Positions 29,292 through 39,867 of a stretch of DNA of 64,000 bases are shown here, one piece after another. The position numbers and the translations under genes are program-made. The notes beneath the pieces were generated by a model that saw only the letters and a program-made list of their open reading frames with translations, searched no databases and was not told the DNA's origin. Positions within the stretch are counted from its first letter, which is position 1; each line of letters begins with the position of its first letter. This DNA comes from Actinomycetota bacterium (GTDB lineage Bacteria; Actinomycetota; CADDZG01; JAHWKV01; JBOGWP01), in assembly GCA_050693875.1 (NCBI GenBank), contig JBOGWP010000159.1, forward strand, positions 6,003 to 70,002. Direction: 5' to 3'.

Positions 29292-31439
29292 TCAGGGAGC
29301 GAGCGCCAGATCGAGCGCGGTGATGCGCAGCCCGCCCGCCCACGGGCTGCCGTAGTACGGTGCGTCCCCGTAGGCGTTGAGAGAGCCGCCGCTTCCCAGC
29401 ACGTAGTACCCCCTTCCGGTGGCCGTCGAGGCGACGCGCACCGCGGACATACCCGTGCCGGCGGCGGATCCAAGGAAGGACGCGTCCCCGAACGCGAAGA
29501 CCCCGCCGTCCTCACCGACGAGCCAGTACCCCTGCCCGGAGGGAGTCGGCGCCATCCCGGCGATGGGGCGGTTGAGCCGGATCCCGCCGGTCGAGCCGTG
29601 AAAGGCCGCGTCTCCGAAGGCGAACACCCCGCCATCCGAGGCAACCAGCCAGTACCCCGCCCCGGTCGGCGTGGGGGCCATGCCCACGATGGGCCTGTTC
29701 AGAGGGAGTCCCCCGGTGGAGCCGTGGAAGGCCGCGTCTCCGAACGCGAACAGGCCGCCGTCCGACGCCACCATCCAGTACCCCTCGCCTCCCGTGGAAG
29801 TGCCCATGTCGACGATTGGCTCGTTCAGCCGGGTGCCGCCCATCGATCCGGAGAAGCCGGCACTCCCGAACGCGAACACGCCTCCGTCGGCCGCCACCAT
29901 CCAGTAGCCGTCAGGCCCGGGGACACCCCCCGGCTCCCCTCCGACACCCCTGGGCGTGGACACGTCCATGGCCACGGCCGGGGAGTTGAGCCGCATACCG
30001 CCGGTCGATCCTAGAAAGGGCGCGGACCCGTAGCTGAAGATCCCCCCATCCGAGCCCATCACCCAGTATCCCGAGGGAACCTCGCCCTCGGTGACGACGT
30101 AGCGCCCGCTCACCGGGGCGGTGGGTGACGCCCTGCCCGGCGCGTCGAAGGCGGTGGCGCGAACCGAGTAGGTGTCCAGGGCCAGGGGGAGTCCGCCGTA
30201 GTCGGCATCGGTGACTGCGAAGGATCCTGCCGATGCCGGAACCGATACCGTCCGGACAGGCCCACCGCCCACGGGCGTGAACGTCGTCTCCACCCGGGTG
30301 GTCGCCCGGCTCACCGCACCCGAGAGTCCCGGCGTCACGTCCTTCGTCACCCCCGCGGGGAGGAGCTGCGTGCCCGTCGGCATCGAGGGCGAGCTCAGGG
30401 CGGAGAGGGCGTTGATGCGCGAGTCCACCGCCTGACGGACCGAGGGCAGCTGGCCGTAGAGGAGGTCGCCGGGACATTCGGTGTCGCCGGCGTCCTTGTG
30501 ACCGGCAATGTTGGGGATCGAGTCCGCCGACCCGAGGGGGTCGATTCCGTGGCGGTCGGCCTTCCAGGACAGAAGTGCGACGAGCGACTCCAGGGCGGCC
30601 GGGCGTGGCATCACGGACCGGAAGTCGCCGAGCACCGCCACGCCGGCGCTGCCCGTGTTCCATCCCGAGACGTGCGCCCCGACCACGCCGAGCCCGTTTG
30701 CGTTCTCGCCGCTCGGCTCGCCATCGGGCCGGGCGTAGCGGCCCTCGTAGACGCGACCGTTCGAGTCGACGAGGAAGTTGTAGCCGATGTCGTCCCAGCC
30801 GCGAGACTGGGTGTGGTAGCTGTAGATTGCTCGGATCGTTCCTTCCGGATCCGCGTCGTCGTTCACAGTCACGGTGTGGTGGACAAACAATCGCCGCACC
30901 CTGGCGAAGCTGGGGGAAGCCTTCCGGAGCGACTCGTCGGCGCCCCACTCGGCCCGCGAGATCACCGGGGGCCCCGGCGTTGCCCCCGAGGCGGCACGGT
31001 CGACCAGAATGGAGCGGCGGGGACCGTCGCGGGTGTTGATCGCACTGACGTAAAGCCGGGCGTCCCCGCCGCGCACCTGGACCCATTCGGCTCGGTCGAC
31101 GGAGATCAGCGTGCCGAAGAACAGGCCGGCGTCGTGATCGCTCAAATCCTCCGACACCTCGACCAGCCGCCAGGCAGACCACGAGATGCCGTCGGGGCTC
31201 GTCCGAACCTCGGGCGGGTCGTCCCCGATCCACGACAGACCCAGGTGGGTGGCCGCGAAGGGGAGCGCCTGAGGTGCCCGGGGAGTGCCCGGGCTGACGT
31301 CCGGGGCGCCCATCCGGACGTAGAGCGTCCTCGGGACGTCGAAGGCGAACGAGGCGGAGACCACGACCGGGAGCAGCCCCGCGACGAGCCCGAGCACGAC
31401 CAGGAGTCGGATGGGGGCCCGCAAAGCGCTGGTACGCAT
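29292..31439 (-). CDS. secreted peptidoglycan amidase (Amidase_2/PGRP domain) with six C-terminal GYW/DGGVF repeats
   Basis: Signal peptide. Amidase_2 core (LFVHHTVT...HTQSRGWDDIGYNFLVDSNGRVYEGR...AGHKDAGDTECPG). C-terminal repeats. Confidence 0.8.
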   Translation of the reverse strand: MRTSALRAPIRLLVVLGLVAGLLPVVVSASFAFDVPRTLYVRMGAPDVSPGTPRAPQALPFAATHLGLSWIGDDPPEVRTSPDGISWSAWRLVEVSEDLSDHDAGLFFGTLISVDRAEWVQVRGGDARLYVSAINTRDGPRRSILVDRAASGATPGPPVISRAEWGADESLRKASPSFARVRRLFVHHTVTVNDDADPEGTIRAIYSYHTQSRGWDDIGYNFLVDSNGRVYEGRYARPDGEPSGENANGLGVVGAHVSGWNTGSAGVAVLGDFRSVMPRPAALESLVALLSWKADRHGIDPLGSADSIPNIAGHKDAGDTECPGDLLYGQLPSVRQAVDSRINALSALSSPSMPTGTQLLPAGVTKDVTPGLSGAVSRATTRVETTFTPVGGGPVRTVSVPASAGSFAVTDADYGGLPLALDTYSVRATAFDAPGRASPTAPVSGRYVVTEGEVPSGYWVMGSDGGIFSYGSAPFLGSTGGMRLNSPAVAMDVSTPRGVGGEPGGVPGPDGYWMVAADGGVFAFGSAGFSGSMGGTRLNEPIVDMGTSTGGEGYWMVASDGGLFAFGDAAFHGSTGGLPLNRPIVGMAPTPTGAGYWLVASDGGVFAFGDAAFHGSTGGIRLNRPIAGMAPTPSGQGYWLVGEDGGVFAFGDASFLGSAAGTGMSAVRVASTATGRGYYVLGSGGSLNAYGDAPYYGSPWAGGLRITALDLALAP

Positions 31440-31506
31440 TCATCCTTTTTCGACTCACAGCCGGGTGGCCTTGACCGGTCCGGGGGGTCTGGGGGCCTGA
31501 TCCGGG

Positions 31507-32667
31507 TCAGGGGGTGAAGATGATGGTCGTCCCCGCGACGAGGAGCAGCGCCGGCATCAGGGCGGCCGAGAGCCCCAGGATGGCCAGAAAGGGCGCCCCG
31601 CGGACCTCGCGGGCCCCCGCCAGCAGCAGCGGGAACGCCATCAAGATCGACCGGGGCGTGAAGTAGTACGCGGGGGACAGGACGAAGGGCAGCACCATGC
31701 CCGCGGCGTAGATCACCAGGATGAACGGTGGCCGCCACCGCCAGAGCGCCACCCCGAGCGGGACGAGGGCGACCAGGGAGAGGGTCGACACGAGGAGGTT
31801 GAAGTCGCCGAGCGGGTCCAGCAGCACCTCCCGGGCGTTGCGGAGCGCGCTGAGACCGAAGTCGATTCCCTGCCCCCACCCCCGCTGCTGTGCGAGCGGC
31901 CAGGCGAGCGGGTTCCCGGTATGGCGCCAGAGGTAGGTGAAGAACGCCAGCGCGCCCAGCGGTGCGATAAGCGGTGCGGCGAGGGCCTTCCAGGCTCGTT
32001 CCTCCTTGATCGCAACGCCGGCGGCCCAGAGGCAGCACGCTGCCAGGAAGATGCCGTTCGGCCGCACCGCCGAGGCGGCCGCCGCGGCGAGCCCGGCGAG
32101 GAGCCACCGGCGGTGGAGGAGCGCGAGCAGGCACGCCGCCGCAGCAAGGACGAAGACCCCCTCGGCATAGACCATCGAGAGCACGAAGGATCCGGGAAAG
32201 AACGACCACAGGGCGACCGCACGCAGGGCGGCGTCCTCGTCGAGGAGCTGGCGGGCGAGCAGCCAGATCACGACCGCCGCCAGCGACCCGGCGGCGATCG
32301 AGATGAGCACCCCGCTCGAGGGGGGCCCCAGCCCGGTCACCTCCGATACGAAGCGGATCAGCACCGGGTAGCCGGGGAAAAAGGCAAGTGTGGTCTGGGC
32401 CGCAGGTCCCCGTCCGGTGGGGAGCGAGTTGGGGTACCCGGCGATCGCGGCCCCCAGGTACCAGTCGCCATCCCACTTCGCCAGGACCTCGACGACGCTC
32501 GCCTTGCCCGCGACGAGCTTCCCGGCGTAGGCGGCGACGAGCGTGACGACCCGTGAGGCGAGGAAGATGGCAAGCGGGGCCAGCGCCCGGCGGGCCAGGG
32601 ATCGCGGGAGCAGTTCCGGGACGTCCCGACTCTGCGGGTGGCTGGGGCTGGTCGCGGTCGTTGTCAC
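31507..32667 (-). CDS. PIG-V-like GT-C mannosyltransferase, paralogue 2
   Basis: LAKWDGDWYLGAAIAGYP ... AFFPGYPVL. Multi-TM. Confidence 0.6.
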   Translation of the reverse strand: MTTTATSPSHPQSRDVPELLPRSLARRALAPLAIFLASRVVTLVAAYAGKLVAGKASVVEVLAKWDGDWYLGAAIAGYPNSLPTGRGPAAQTTLAFFPGYPVLIRFVSEVTGLGPPSSGVLISIAAGSLAAVVIWLLARQLLDEDAALRAVALWSFFPGSFVLSMVYAEGVFVLAAAACLLALLHRRWLLAGLAAAAASAVRPNGIFLAACCLWAAGVAIKEERAWKALAAPLIAPLGALAFFTYLWRHTGNPLAWPLAQQRGWGQGIDFGLSALRNAREVLLDPLGDFNLLVSTLSLVALVPLGVALWRWRPPFILVIYAAGMVLPFVLSPAYYFTPRSILMAFPLLLAGAREVRGAPFLAILGLSAALMPALLLVAGTTIIFTP

Positions 32668-32770
32668 CGGGAAGGGACACTACCAACCGGGAAAGCGGCG
32701 ATAGCGAACACGGGCCGGCTCCTCCACTATTCTCGCGACCGAATTCGGTCGGCACATACGGGAGGATTCG

Positions 32771-33864
32771 TGACAGGCGGGCTGCGACTCCTCGTCTTCC
32801 TGGCCGGGGCCGTGGTCGTCGCGGCAACCTTCGGGTCGTCGCTTCGGACCGTGATGCTGCCACGCGGTATTCCTTCGCGGCTCACGCGCTCCGTCTTCAT
32901 CACGGTCCGCCAGCTGTTCCGGCTGCGTGCGGGACCCGGGGCGACGTTCGAGAAGCGCGACCGGGTGATGGCGGTATATGCACCGTTCAGCCTGCTCGTG
33001 CTGCTCTCGGTCTGGCTCGCCCTGGTGCTGGCGGGATACACGGCAATGTTCCTCGGGGCGGCCCCGCGTAGTCTCCGTGAGGCCTTCCTGCTGTCGGGCT
33101 CGTCGCTGCTGACCCTCGGCTTCACCCGGCCGGCCGACCTCCCGTCGTCCCTGCTCGCCTTCTCCGAGGCGGGCCTTGGGCTCGCGCTCTTCGCGCTCCT
33201 GATCACGTTCCTGCCCACCATCTATGCCGCCTTCTCCCGGCGGGAGGCCGCGGTGAATGCGCTCGAGGTCCGGGCCGGCTCGCCGCCGTCGGGGGTCGAG
33301 ATGATTCTTCGCTTCTCCCGTCTCGGCCGGGTCCAGCTGCTCACCGAGGAGGTATGGGTGCGGTGGGAAGACTGGTTCGGCGACGTCGAGGAGTCGCACA
33401 CCTCGTTCCCGGCCCTCGTCTTCTTCCGGTCGCCCCAACCCGACCACTCCTGGATCACGGCTGCCGGGGCGGTGCTCGACGCCGCCTCGCTGATGGCGTC
33501 GGTCGTCGCGACCGAGCGCGACGTGCAGGCCGAGCTCACCGTGCGAGCCGGCTACATCGCCCTGCGCCGGATCTGCGACGTGTTTCGCATCCCCTACGAC
33601 CCGGAGCCGCGCAGCGGCGACCCGATCGGCCTGGACCGCAGCGAGTTCGACGAGGCATGCGCTCGCCTGGCTGCCGGCGGAGTGCCGCTTCGGCCCGATC
33701 TCGACCGGGCGTGGAGGGACTTCCGGGGATGGAGGGTCAACTACGACCAGGTCTTGATCGCGCTCGCCGGGCTGACCATGGCGCCCTACGCGCCGTGGTC
33801 CTCCGACCGGTCGTTGCGCCGGTACAAGTCGCTCCTGACCGGTTCACAGCGAGGAGGAGCGTAG
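32771..33864 (+). CDS. hypothetical membrane protein
   Basis: GTG start with a GGGAGG RBS. About four N-terminal TM helices followed by a soluble domain with no recognisable motif. Confidence 0.45.
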
Positions 33865-33868
33865 CCGC

Positions 33869-34981
33869 TCACGGTGTGAAGGAGACCGTGGCACCGGCGA
33901 GAAGGGCGAGGACGGCCATCAGCGAGGCACTGGCCGCCAGCAGTCCGGCGAAGGCCGAGCCGCGGACCGCCCGGGCGGTGGCGATGAGCAGGGGGAAGGC
34001 GATCACGAAGGTCCGCGGGGTGAGGTGGTGGCCCCGAGAGATGATCACGGGGATGGCGATCGCAAGGGTGTAGATCACCAGCACGACCGGCGGCCGCCAG
34101 CGGGTCAGCAGCACCATCGCCGCGATCAGGGCCACGAAGGTGAGGCCGGAGGCGAGGAGGTTGAAGTCGTCGAGGGGCCCTCGGGCGACGTGGACGACGT
34201 TGGTGACCGCCGACCAGCCGAAGTCGACCCCCTGCGCCCACCCGCGCGCCTGGGCATGCGGCCATGCCAGGGGATCACCGGTCCGTTCGAACAGGTAGGT
34301 GAAGAACGCGAGCGCACCGAGGGGTGCGAGCAGTGGCGCCGTCAAGGCACGAAGCCCTCGCCCTGCGCGCAGCGCCACGACGGCGGCCCAGAGGCAGCAG
34401 GCCACCAGGAACATCCCGTTCGGGCGCACCGCGCCGGCCAGGGCGGCGGTCACGCCGGCGACCACCCACCGCTCCCGCAGCAGGGCGTGCAGGCAGAGGA
34501 TGGCAAGCAGGAGGAACAGCCCGTCGGCGTAGACCATCGACAGCGCCTGGGCGCCCGGGAAGAACGACCACAGGGCGACGGAACGGGTGGCGAGGGACCG
34601 GTCGCTCAGACGCTGCACGAGGAACCATAGGGCTACGGCGGCGACCGTCGATGCGATGGTCGAGACGACGACGCCCGCGGTGATGGAGTAGACGCCCCGA
34701 TCCATGAGGCCGCGGACGAGCAGCGGATACCCCGGGAGGAACGCAAGGGTGCTCTGCGCGGGGTTTCCCACGCCCACCGGGACCGCGTGGGGATAGCCGC
34801 GCTCGGCGAGCCGCAGGTACCAGGCGCCGTCCCACCGGCCGAGCACGTCGATCAGGCTGTCCTCGGGCCCCACGAGGACAGCCGCGTAGGCGGCGGCGAG
34901 CACGGCGAGGCGCGAGGCGAGGAAGATCCCCAGCGGGATCGCGGCGCGCGTCGCAATGTCCTGCAGGCGGGACCGCCACAT
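33869..34981 (-). CDS. PIG-V-like GT-C mannosyltransferase, paralogue 3
   Basis: LGRWDGAWYLRLAERGYP ... AFLPGYPLL. Start at the internal Met MWRSRLQDIA; the first 129 aa of the ORF in the track are an out-of-frame shadow of the neighbouring repeat region. Confidence 0.6.
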   Translation of the reverse strand: MWRSRLQDIATRAAIPLGIFLASRLAVLAAAYAAVLVGPEDSLIDVLGRWDGAWYLRLAERGYPHAVPVGVGNPAQSTLAFLPGYPLLVRGLMDRGVYSITAGVVVSTIASTVAAVALWFLVQRLSDRSLATRSVALWSFFPGAQALSMVYADGLFLLLAILCLHALLRERWVVAGVTAALAGAVRPNGMFLVACCLWAAVVALRAGRGLRALTAPLLAPLGALAFFTYLFERTGDPLAWPHAQARGWAQGVDFGWSAVTNVVHVARGPLDDFNLLASGLTFVALIAAMVLLTRWRPPVVLVIYTLAIAIPVIISRGHHLTPRTFVIAFPLLIATARAVRGSAFAGLLAASASLMAVLALLAGATVSFTP

Positions 34982-35057
34982 GGCGGCACGATTATCGAGC
35001 GTGGTCGGCGCGGGCGGCGGCAGGATGCCGGAGGCCGGGGCGGTGGGGCGGTGCCGG

Positions 35058-36791
35058 CTACCGGGCGATGCCGACGATCGGCTTGTTGAGCCGGATGCCC
35101 CCCGTCGAGCCGAAGAATCCGGCATCTCCGAAGGAGAAGACGCCGCCGTCCGAGGCGACGAGCCAGTAGCCCGACCCGGTCGAGGTCCCGGCCATTCCGA
35201 CAATCGGCTGGTTGAGCTTGATGCCGCCGGTGGATCCGTGGAACGCGGCATCGCCGAAAGCGAAGATCCCCCCGTCGGAGGCGACGAGCCAGTAGCCCCT
35301 GCCGGTCGGCGTCGCGGCCATCCCCACGATCGGCTGGTTGAGGCGCATCCCGCCCGTCGAGCCGGCAAAGCCCGCGTCGCCGAAGGCGAAGATCCCGCCG
35401 TCGGATGCCACCATCCAGTAACCGCGGCCCGATGGGGTCGTCTCGATGCCCACGATGGGACGGTTCAGCCGAAGGCCCCCGGTGGAACCGAAGAACCCGG
35501 CGTTGCCGAACGAGAACACGCCGCCGTCCGAGGCGACCATCAGGTAGCCGTCGGGGGCAAAGACCTGGAACCAGTCCGACCGCAGCCCCAGCTTCGACCG
35601 GACGTCGCTGCCCGTCACGACCACGCTTCCCGCCGTACCGACCAGCCGCATTCGGGTGACGCGCCCCCCGAGGTCACCGAGCCCATTGCGCTCGAGCACC
35701 TCGAGCCCGATGAGATGACCAATCTCCGGCCACGCCGCATCGACGGCGGGGACCGCAACCGACGTCCGCCACTGGTGGTTCGGGTTCTGGGAAACGTCGT
35801 CGCCGTCGTCGGGGACCGCCGGAAAGACCCCGCCGGCAGTCCAGCCCCCCGTCGACGAGGAGTACTCGGCCCGGGCCACACCCCCGTTGCGGAACCGCAC
35901 CTGGCCGGCAGTCTCGGAAACCGCGGAGTCGGTGGACGGCTGCTCGACGTCGCGGTAACCGCCCGGACCCTGCTCGGCGCGGCCCAGGTACACCTGGCAG
36001 GCGGTGGAGTCGCACGTCCGGCCGAACGATTGCACCTGGGACATCGCGTAGGAGCGTGCCGCCACGGCCTGCGCGCGGAGCGCATGCATGCCCATCCCGC
36101 CGCCGAGGCCTCCCCACGACGACGGTGACTCCGCGGGTACAACGCCGCGCAGATACGCCTCGAGCGGCAGCTCGTTGACGGTGCGTTGGAGGGCGTCCTC
36201 CTCGAAGCTGCGCAGGCTTCCTCGCAGCCAGCGAGTCGTTCCACCCGGCTCACACACCTGGAGCATCTCCTCACGTTCGCCCGTCGGATTCGTGGGCTCG
36301 ACCACGACCGGGCCGATCGCGCCGCCGTTGATGAGCGTCCACGGACCCCCGCACCCGCCGCCCGAGAACACCTGGAACAGGTTTGGCCCGATCCGGTGCA
36401 CCAGCAGGCCGGAGTGCTGTCCGGGGCCGCTCGGGGTCTGCATGTGGCCGCGCTCCTGCGCGACGACGAGGTCGGCGTTCTCGAATCGTGTGAGACGGAC
36501 GGCGATGACGCCGTCACCGACCGCGCCCGGCGATGTTCCCCCGTAAAAGTGCCCAAGGATGCTCCCGTAGTCCCAGCGCTCGTCGACGGCGTAGCCGAGC
36601 GCGCCGTACTGGCCCATGCCACGGCCGTGACCCCAGCCGTGCCCCTCGAGCTCGACGGTGGGGGCGGGGTAGGCGAGGACGGGCGCCCCCGGCAACGCGG
36701 TGACGCCCAACGCAATCAGCGCTGCGGCGACGAGCGTGACGAAACGGAAGCCCCTGGGACGAGACGCGCCGAGGCGAGGGTTCGAGGTCAT
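35058..36791 (-). CDS. secreted SpoIID/LytB-domain protein with four C-terminal GYW/DGGVF repeats
   Basis: Start MTSNPRLG with a signal peptide. SpoIID/LytB signatures ([26 protein letters not shown]) and four repeats. Confidence 0.8.
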   Translation of the reverse strand: MTSNPRLGASRPRGFRFVTLVAAALIALGVTALPGAPVLAYPAPTVELEGHGWGHGRGMGQYGALGYAVDERWDYGSILGHFYGGTSPGAVGDGVIAVRLTRFENADLVVAQERGHMQTPSGPGQHSGLLVHRIGPNLFQVFSGGGCGGPWTLINGGAIGPVVVEPTNPTGEREEMLQVCEPGGTTRWLRGSLRSFEEDALQRTVNELPLEAYLRGVVPAESPSSWGGLGGGMGMHALRAQAVAARSYAMSQVQSFGRTCDSTACQVYLGRAEQGPGGYRDVEQPSTDSAVSETAGQVRFRNGGVARAEYSSSTGGWTAGGVFPAVPDDGDDVSQNPNHQWRTSVAVPAVDAAWPEIGHLIGLEVLERNGLGDLGGRVTRMRLVGTAGSVVVTGSDVRSKLGLRSDWFQVFAPDGYLMVASDGGVFSFGNAGFFGSTGGLRLNRPIVGIETTPSGRGYWMVASDGGIFAFGDAGFAGSTGGMRLNQPIVGMAATPTGRGYWLVASDGGIFAFGDAAFHGSTGGIKLNQPIVGMAGTSTGSGYWLVASDGGVFSFGDAGFFGSTGGIRLNKPIVGIAR

Positions 36792-36874
36792 GACGTGAAA
36801 GGAAACCACGCGGCGGCGGGTCGCCGCAGGTTTTCCGGCGGATCTGCACGGCCCGTCTGCTAGCGTTTCCCGCC

Positions 36875-37840
36875 GTGGGGGTCGAGCAGCAGGACCGGCG
36901 GGCCAGAACCGTGCGCAAGGCACGTCAGCTCCTCGCGCGCGGGATCCGCCGCTCCCCGCGACTGCGCTTGATGGCGGAGCGGGCGGTTTCGGAGCTGGAG
37001 CGGGCCCTCGTCGCCGAGGATCTCTACAGCTCCCGGTACTTCGGCACCGGAGTTCACCCCACCGACCGCGGAAAGAGTGTCTCCGGCTACGCCGAGTACC
37101 GGCGCGAGACGTCGAACCTGAACGTGGCGGCCTACATCGTCTACAAGCATCTGCGCCCCGCCCGCGTCGTCGATATCGGGGCGGCGCGGGGGTATCTGCT
37201 CGAGGCGCTCTCGGAGGTCGGCGTCGAGGGTCATGGGGTCGACCTCAGCCATGACGCGATCGCGTCCGCCTCCGACGAGGTCCGGGGCCGGATGACCGTC
37301 GCCTCGGCGGTGCGCCTGCCGGTCGTAACTGGGGCCGCCCCCGTTGTCACGGCGTTCGAGACGCTCGAGCACCTGCCGCCGCACGACGTGTCCCGGGCAC
37401 TGGCCGAGCTGGCCCGGGCCACGAGTGCGTTCGTCGTGGCGACCATCCCCTCATTCGGTCGGAACGACTACGGGCCGAACGGATGGTACGGGGGCAAGGT
37501 CCTCTGGGAGGTCCTACATGCGTACGAGGCCCTCGGCCCAGACTACGAGGGGCCGATCCCCTATCACGACCTGATGCGCGACGGGGAGAACAACCCGATC
37601 GAGGGACATTTGACCATCGCATCCTTCTCGTGGTGGACCAAGCGCTTCGCCGAAGCCGGCCTGGTGCGGTTCGGCAAGCTCGAGGAGGCGATGAACGCCG
37701 ACCTCGGCCGGTTCGGGCTCCTCGGGCAGCAGATCTGGCACCTTTACGTGGCGGGCAAGCCCGAGGCGGAGATCCCGCAGGGGGCGTCCTACGAGGAGGC
37801 CCTGCGGGCTGAGGAAGTCCTCGACCTCGGCCGGGGGTGA
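36875..37840 (+). CDS. class I SAM-dependent methyltransferase
   Basis: Motif [16 protein letters not shown] and [15 protein letters not shown] start. Confidence 0.65.
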   Translation: MGVEQQDRRARTVRKARQLLARGIRRSPRLRLMAERAVSELERALVAEDLYSSRYFGTGVHPTDRGKSVSGYAEYRRETSNLNVAAYIVYKHLRPARVVDIGAARGYLLEALSEVGVEGHGVDLSHDAIASASDEVRGRMTVASAVRLPVVTGAAPVVTAFETLEHLPPHDVSRALAELARATSAFVVATIPSFGRNDYGPNGWYGGKVLWEVLHAYEALGPDYEGPIPYHDLMRDGENNPIEGHLTIASFSWWTKRFAEAGLVRFGKLEEAMNADLGRFGLLGQQIWHLYVAGKPEAEIPQGASYEEALRAEEVLDLGRG

Positions 37841-37844
37841 CGGG

Positions 37845-38798
37845 TCAGACCCGCTCGCGCCAGTAGTCGAGGGTGTCGGCAAGCATCGTCTCGACCGGGA
37901 TATCGGGGGTCCACCCGGTAGCCTCGCGGAACTTCGTCGAGTCGGAGATCAGGATCTCGACGTCAGACGGACGCATCCGGTCGAGTGACTGCTCCACCTC
38001 GATGGCCGCCTCCGACAACGAGAGCAGATGGTCGAGCATCTGGCGGATGGTGAGGGCCACGCCGCTGCCGATGTTGTAGACCTCGCCCGGCGCTCCCTTC
38101 TCGAGCGCCAGCCAGTAGGCGACGACGATATCGCGGACATCGGTGAAGTCCCGAACGGCGTCGAGGTTCCCCACCCTCACGACCGGCTCCCGTGCCCCCT
38201 TCTCGATCTCGGCGATCTGGCGAGCGAAGGCCGAGGGCAGCAGCACCTCCCCGCGCCGCGGCCCCCCGTGGTTGAACGCCCGGGTCCGCACCGCGTGAAA
38301 CCCATAGGAGCGGTGGTATTGGTAGCCGAGGAAGTCCTGTCCAACCTTGCTGACCGCATACGGTGAGAGGGGGCGCAGCGGGTTGGTCTCCTTGATGGGC
38401 GTCTCGCTCGGCAGAACCAGCCCGTACTCCTCGCTCGAACCGCAGACGAGGAATCGGGTGTCGAGCAGGTCGAGGGCCCGCATCGCCTCGAAGAGGTTGA
38501 GCTGGCTCATGATGTTCATCTGGAGCGTCTGTCCCGGTGCGTTCCAGGAGGTCGGAACGAAGGACTGCGCCGCGAGGTGGAAGATCCAGTCCGGCCGGAT
38601 CGACTCGAGCGCCCGATGGACCGAAGCGGGGTCGAGCAGGTCGACCTCGACGAGGTGCAGGTCCTTGATGTGCTCGATGTTCTCCCGCCGGCTCCTCCAC
38701 CGGTAGGTGCCGACGACCTCGAGGTTGCCGCGCGCCAGGCAGTACTCCGCCAGGTGGCTGCCGACGAATCCGGTGGTCCCGGTGATCAATACCTTCAC
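37845..38798 (-). CDS. gmd: GDP-mannose 4,6-dehydratase
   Basis: GTG start with a GGAGGAG RBS. VLITGTTGFVGSHL, YAVSKV..., and RAFNHGGPRRGE matches the Gmd-specific block (NHESPRRGETF). Confidence 0.75.
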   Translation of the reverse strand: MKVLITGTTGFVGSHLAEYCLARGNLEVVGTYRWRSRRENIEHIKDLHLVEVDLLDPASVHRALESIRPDWIFHLAAQSFVPTSWNAPGQTLQMNIMSQLNLFEAMRALDLLDTRFLVCGSSEEYGLVLPSETPIKETNPLRPLSPYAVSKVGQDFLGYQYHRSYGFHAVRTRAFNHGGPRRGEVLLPSAFARQIAEIEKGAREPVVRVGNLDAVRDFTDVRDIVVAYWLALEKGAPGEVYNIGSGVALTIRQMLDHLLSLSEAAIEVEQSLDRMRPSDVEILISDSTKFREATGWTPDIPVETMLADTLDYWRERV

Positions 38799-38868
38799 GA
38801 AGACTCCTCCGACCTCGGTGCGGCGAAAGGATAGCGGGCGAACGGCGGCGGGTGAAACCGTGTTCCGC

Positions 38869-39795
38869 TCAGGGTCGTGATTCGTACCAGGCGAGGGTGT
38901 CGGCAAGGGAGATCTCGATCGGGATCTCCGGGCGCCAGCCCACGGCCTCGCGGATCTTCGAGCTGTCGCCGACCAGGATCTGGGGATCCCCCGCCCGCGG
39001 GGGCGCCTCCTCCACGACCTCGACCCGACCAGAGAGCCCGGCGACGTCGAGGAGGATCTTGAGGAGGTCTCCGATCAGCACTGCTTCGCCCGATGCGACG
39101 TTGTAGACCTCGCCGCCGTCCCCCCCTTCGATGAGGAGCCGGTAGGCGGCGACGACGTCACGGACGTCGAGGAAGTCGCGCCGGGAGTCGAGCCGGCCGA
39201 CCCGCATGAGCGGGTTGCGCCCACGGGATATGTCCGTTATCTGCGCGCAGAAATGCCCGACCGCGTACCCCTCGCCCTGGCCAGGGCCGGTGTGGTTGAA
39301 GGGCCTCGCGGCGAGGACGGACACCCCCAGCTCGCGGTGGTAGAGCATCCCGATCAGTTCCCCGGCGGCCTTGCTCACCGCGTACGGGGACGGCGGATGC
39401 AGGGGGTCGGACTCGGTGAGCGGGCGATTGGAGCCGGCGGACCCGTAGACCTGGGCGGAGCCGACCAGCAGCACCCTCGTCTCCGGGCGGTTCCGGACGC
39501 CCTCGAGCAGGTTGCTGGTTCCGACGACGTTGATCTCGTAGGTCTCGGCCGGCGCCTCCCAGGAGCGGGGGACCGAGGCCTGTGCCGCCAGGTGGATCAC
39601 CGCGTCCGGCTCGTGGCGGCCGATGACTGCGCCCGTCGCCTCGGCATCGCGAAGGTCGAACGCCTCGATCGCCGACGCGGCCTCAGCCTCGAACGCATGC
39701 AACGAGCACGCGACCACCTCGTGGCCGGCGTGCCCGAGATCGGCGATCAGGTGGTGGCCGACGAAGCCGCCGGCTCCGGTGACGAGGACGCGCAT
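38869..39795 (-). CDS. rmd: GDP-4-dehydro-6-deoxy-D-mannose reductase-like NAD-dependent epimerase/dehydratase
   Basis: VLVTGAGGFVGHHL, YAVSKAAGE, and the FNHTGPGQ block characteristic of Rmd-type reductases. Adjacent to gmd. Confidence 0.65.
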   Translation of the reverse strand: MRVLVTGAGGFVGHHLIADLGHAGHEVVACSLHAFEAEAASAIEAFDLRDAEATGAVIGRHEPDAVIHLAAQASVPRSWEAPAETYEINVVGTSNLLEGVRNRPETRVLLVGSAQVYGSAGSNRPLTESDPLHPPSPYAVSKAAGELIGMLYHRELGVSVLAARPFNHTGPGQGEGYAVGHFCAQITDISRGRNPLMRVGRLDSRRDFLDVRDVVAAYRLLIEGGDGGEVYNVASGEAVLIGDLLKILLDVAGLSGRVEVVEEAPPRAGDPQILVGDSSKIREAVGWRPEIPIEISLADTLAWYESRP

Positions 39796-39867
39796 TTGGC
39801 GAGCCTAACCCCCGGGGGCTGTGCACCCACACTGCCGGCACCGGTAGGCCGCGCGGGTGGCCAGGGC

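Noticed and set aside
34981-35368. First 129 aa of ORF 33869-35368 as part of the GT-C protein
   Set aside because: This stretch is an out-of-frame reading of the 3' repeat region of the SpoIID-repeat gene (35058-36791). The membrane protein begins at the internal Met at 34981.
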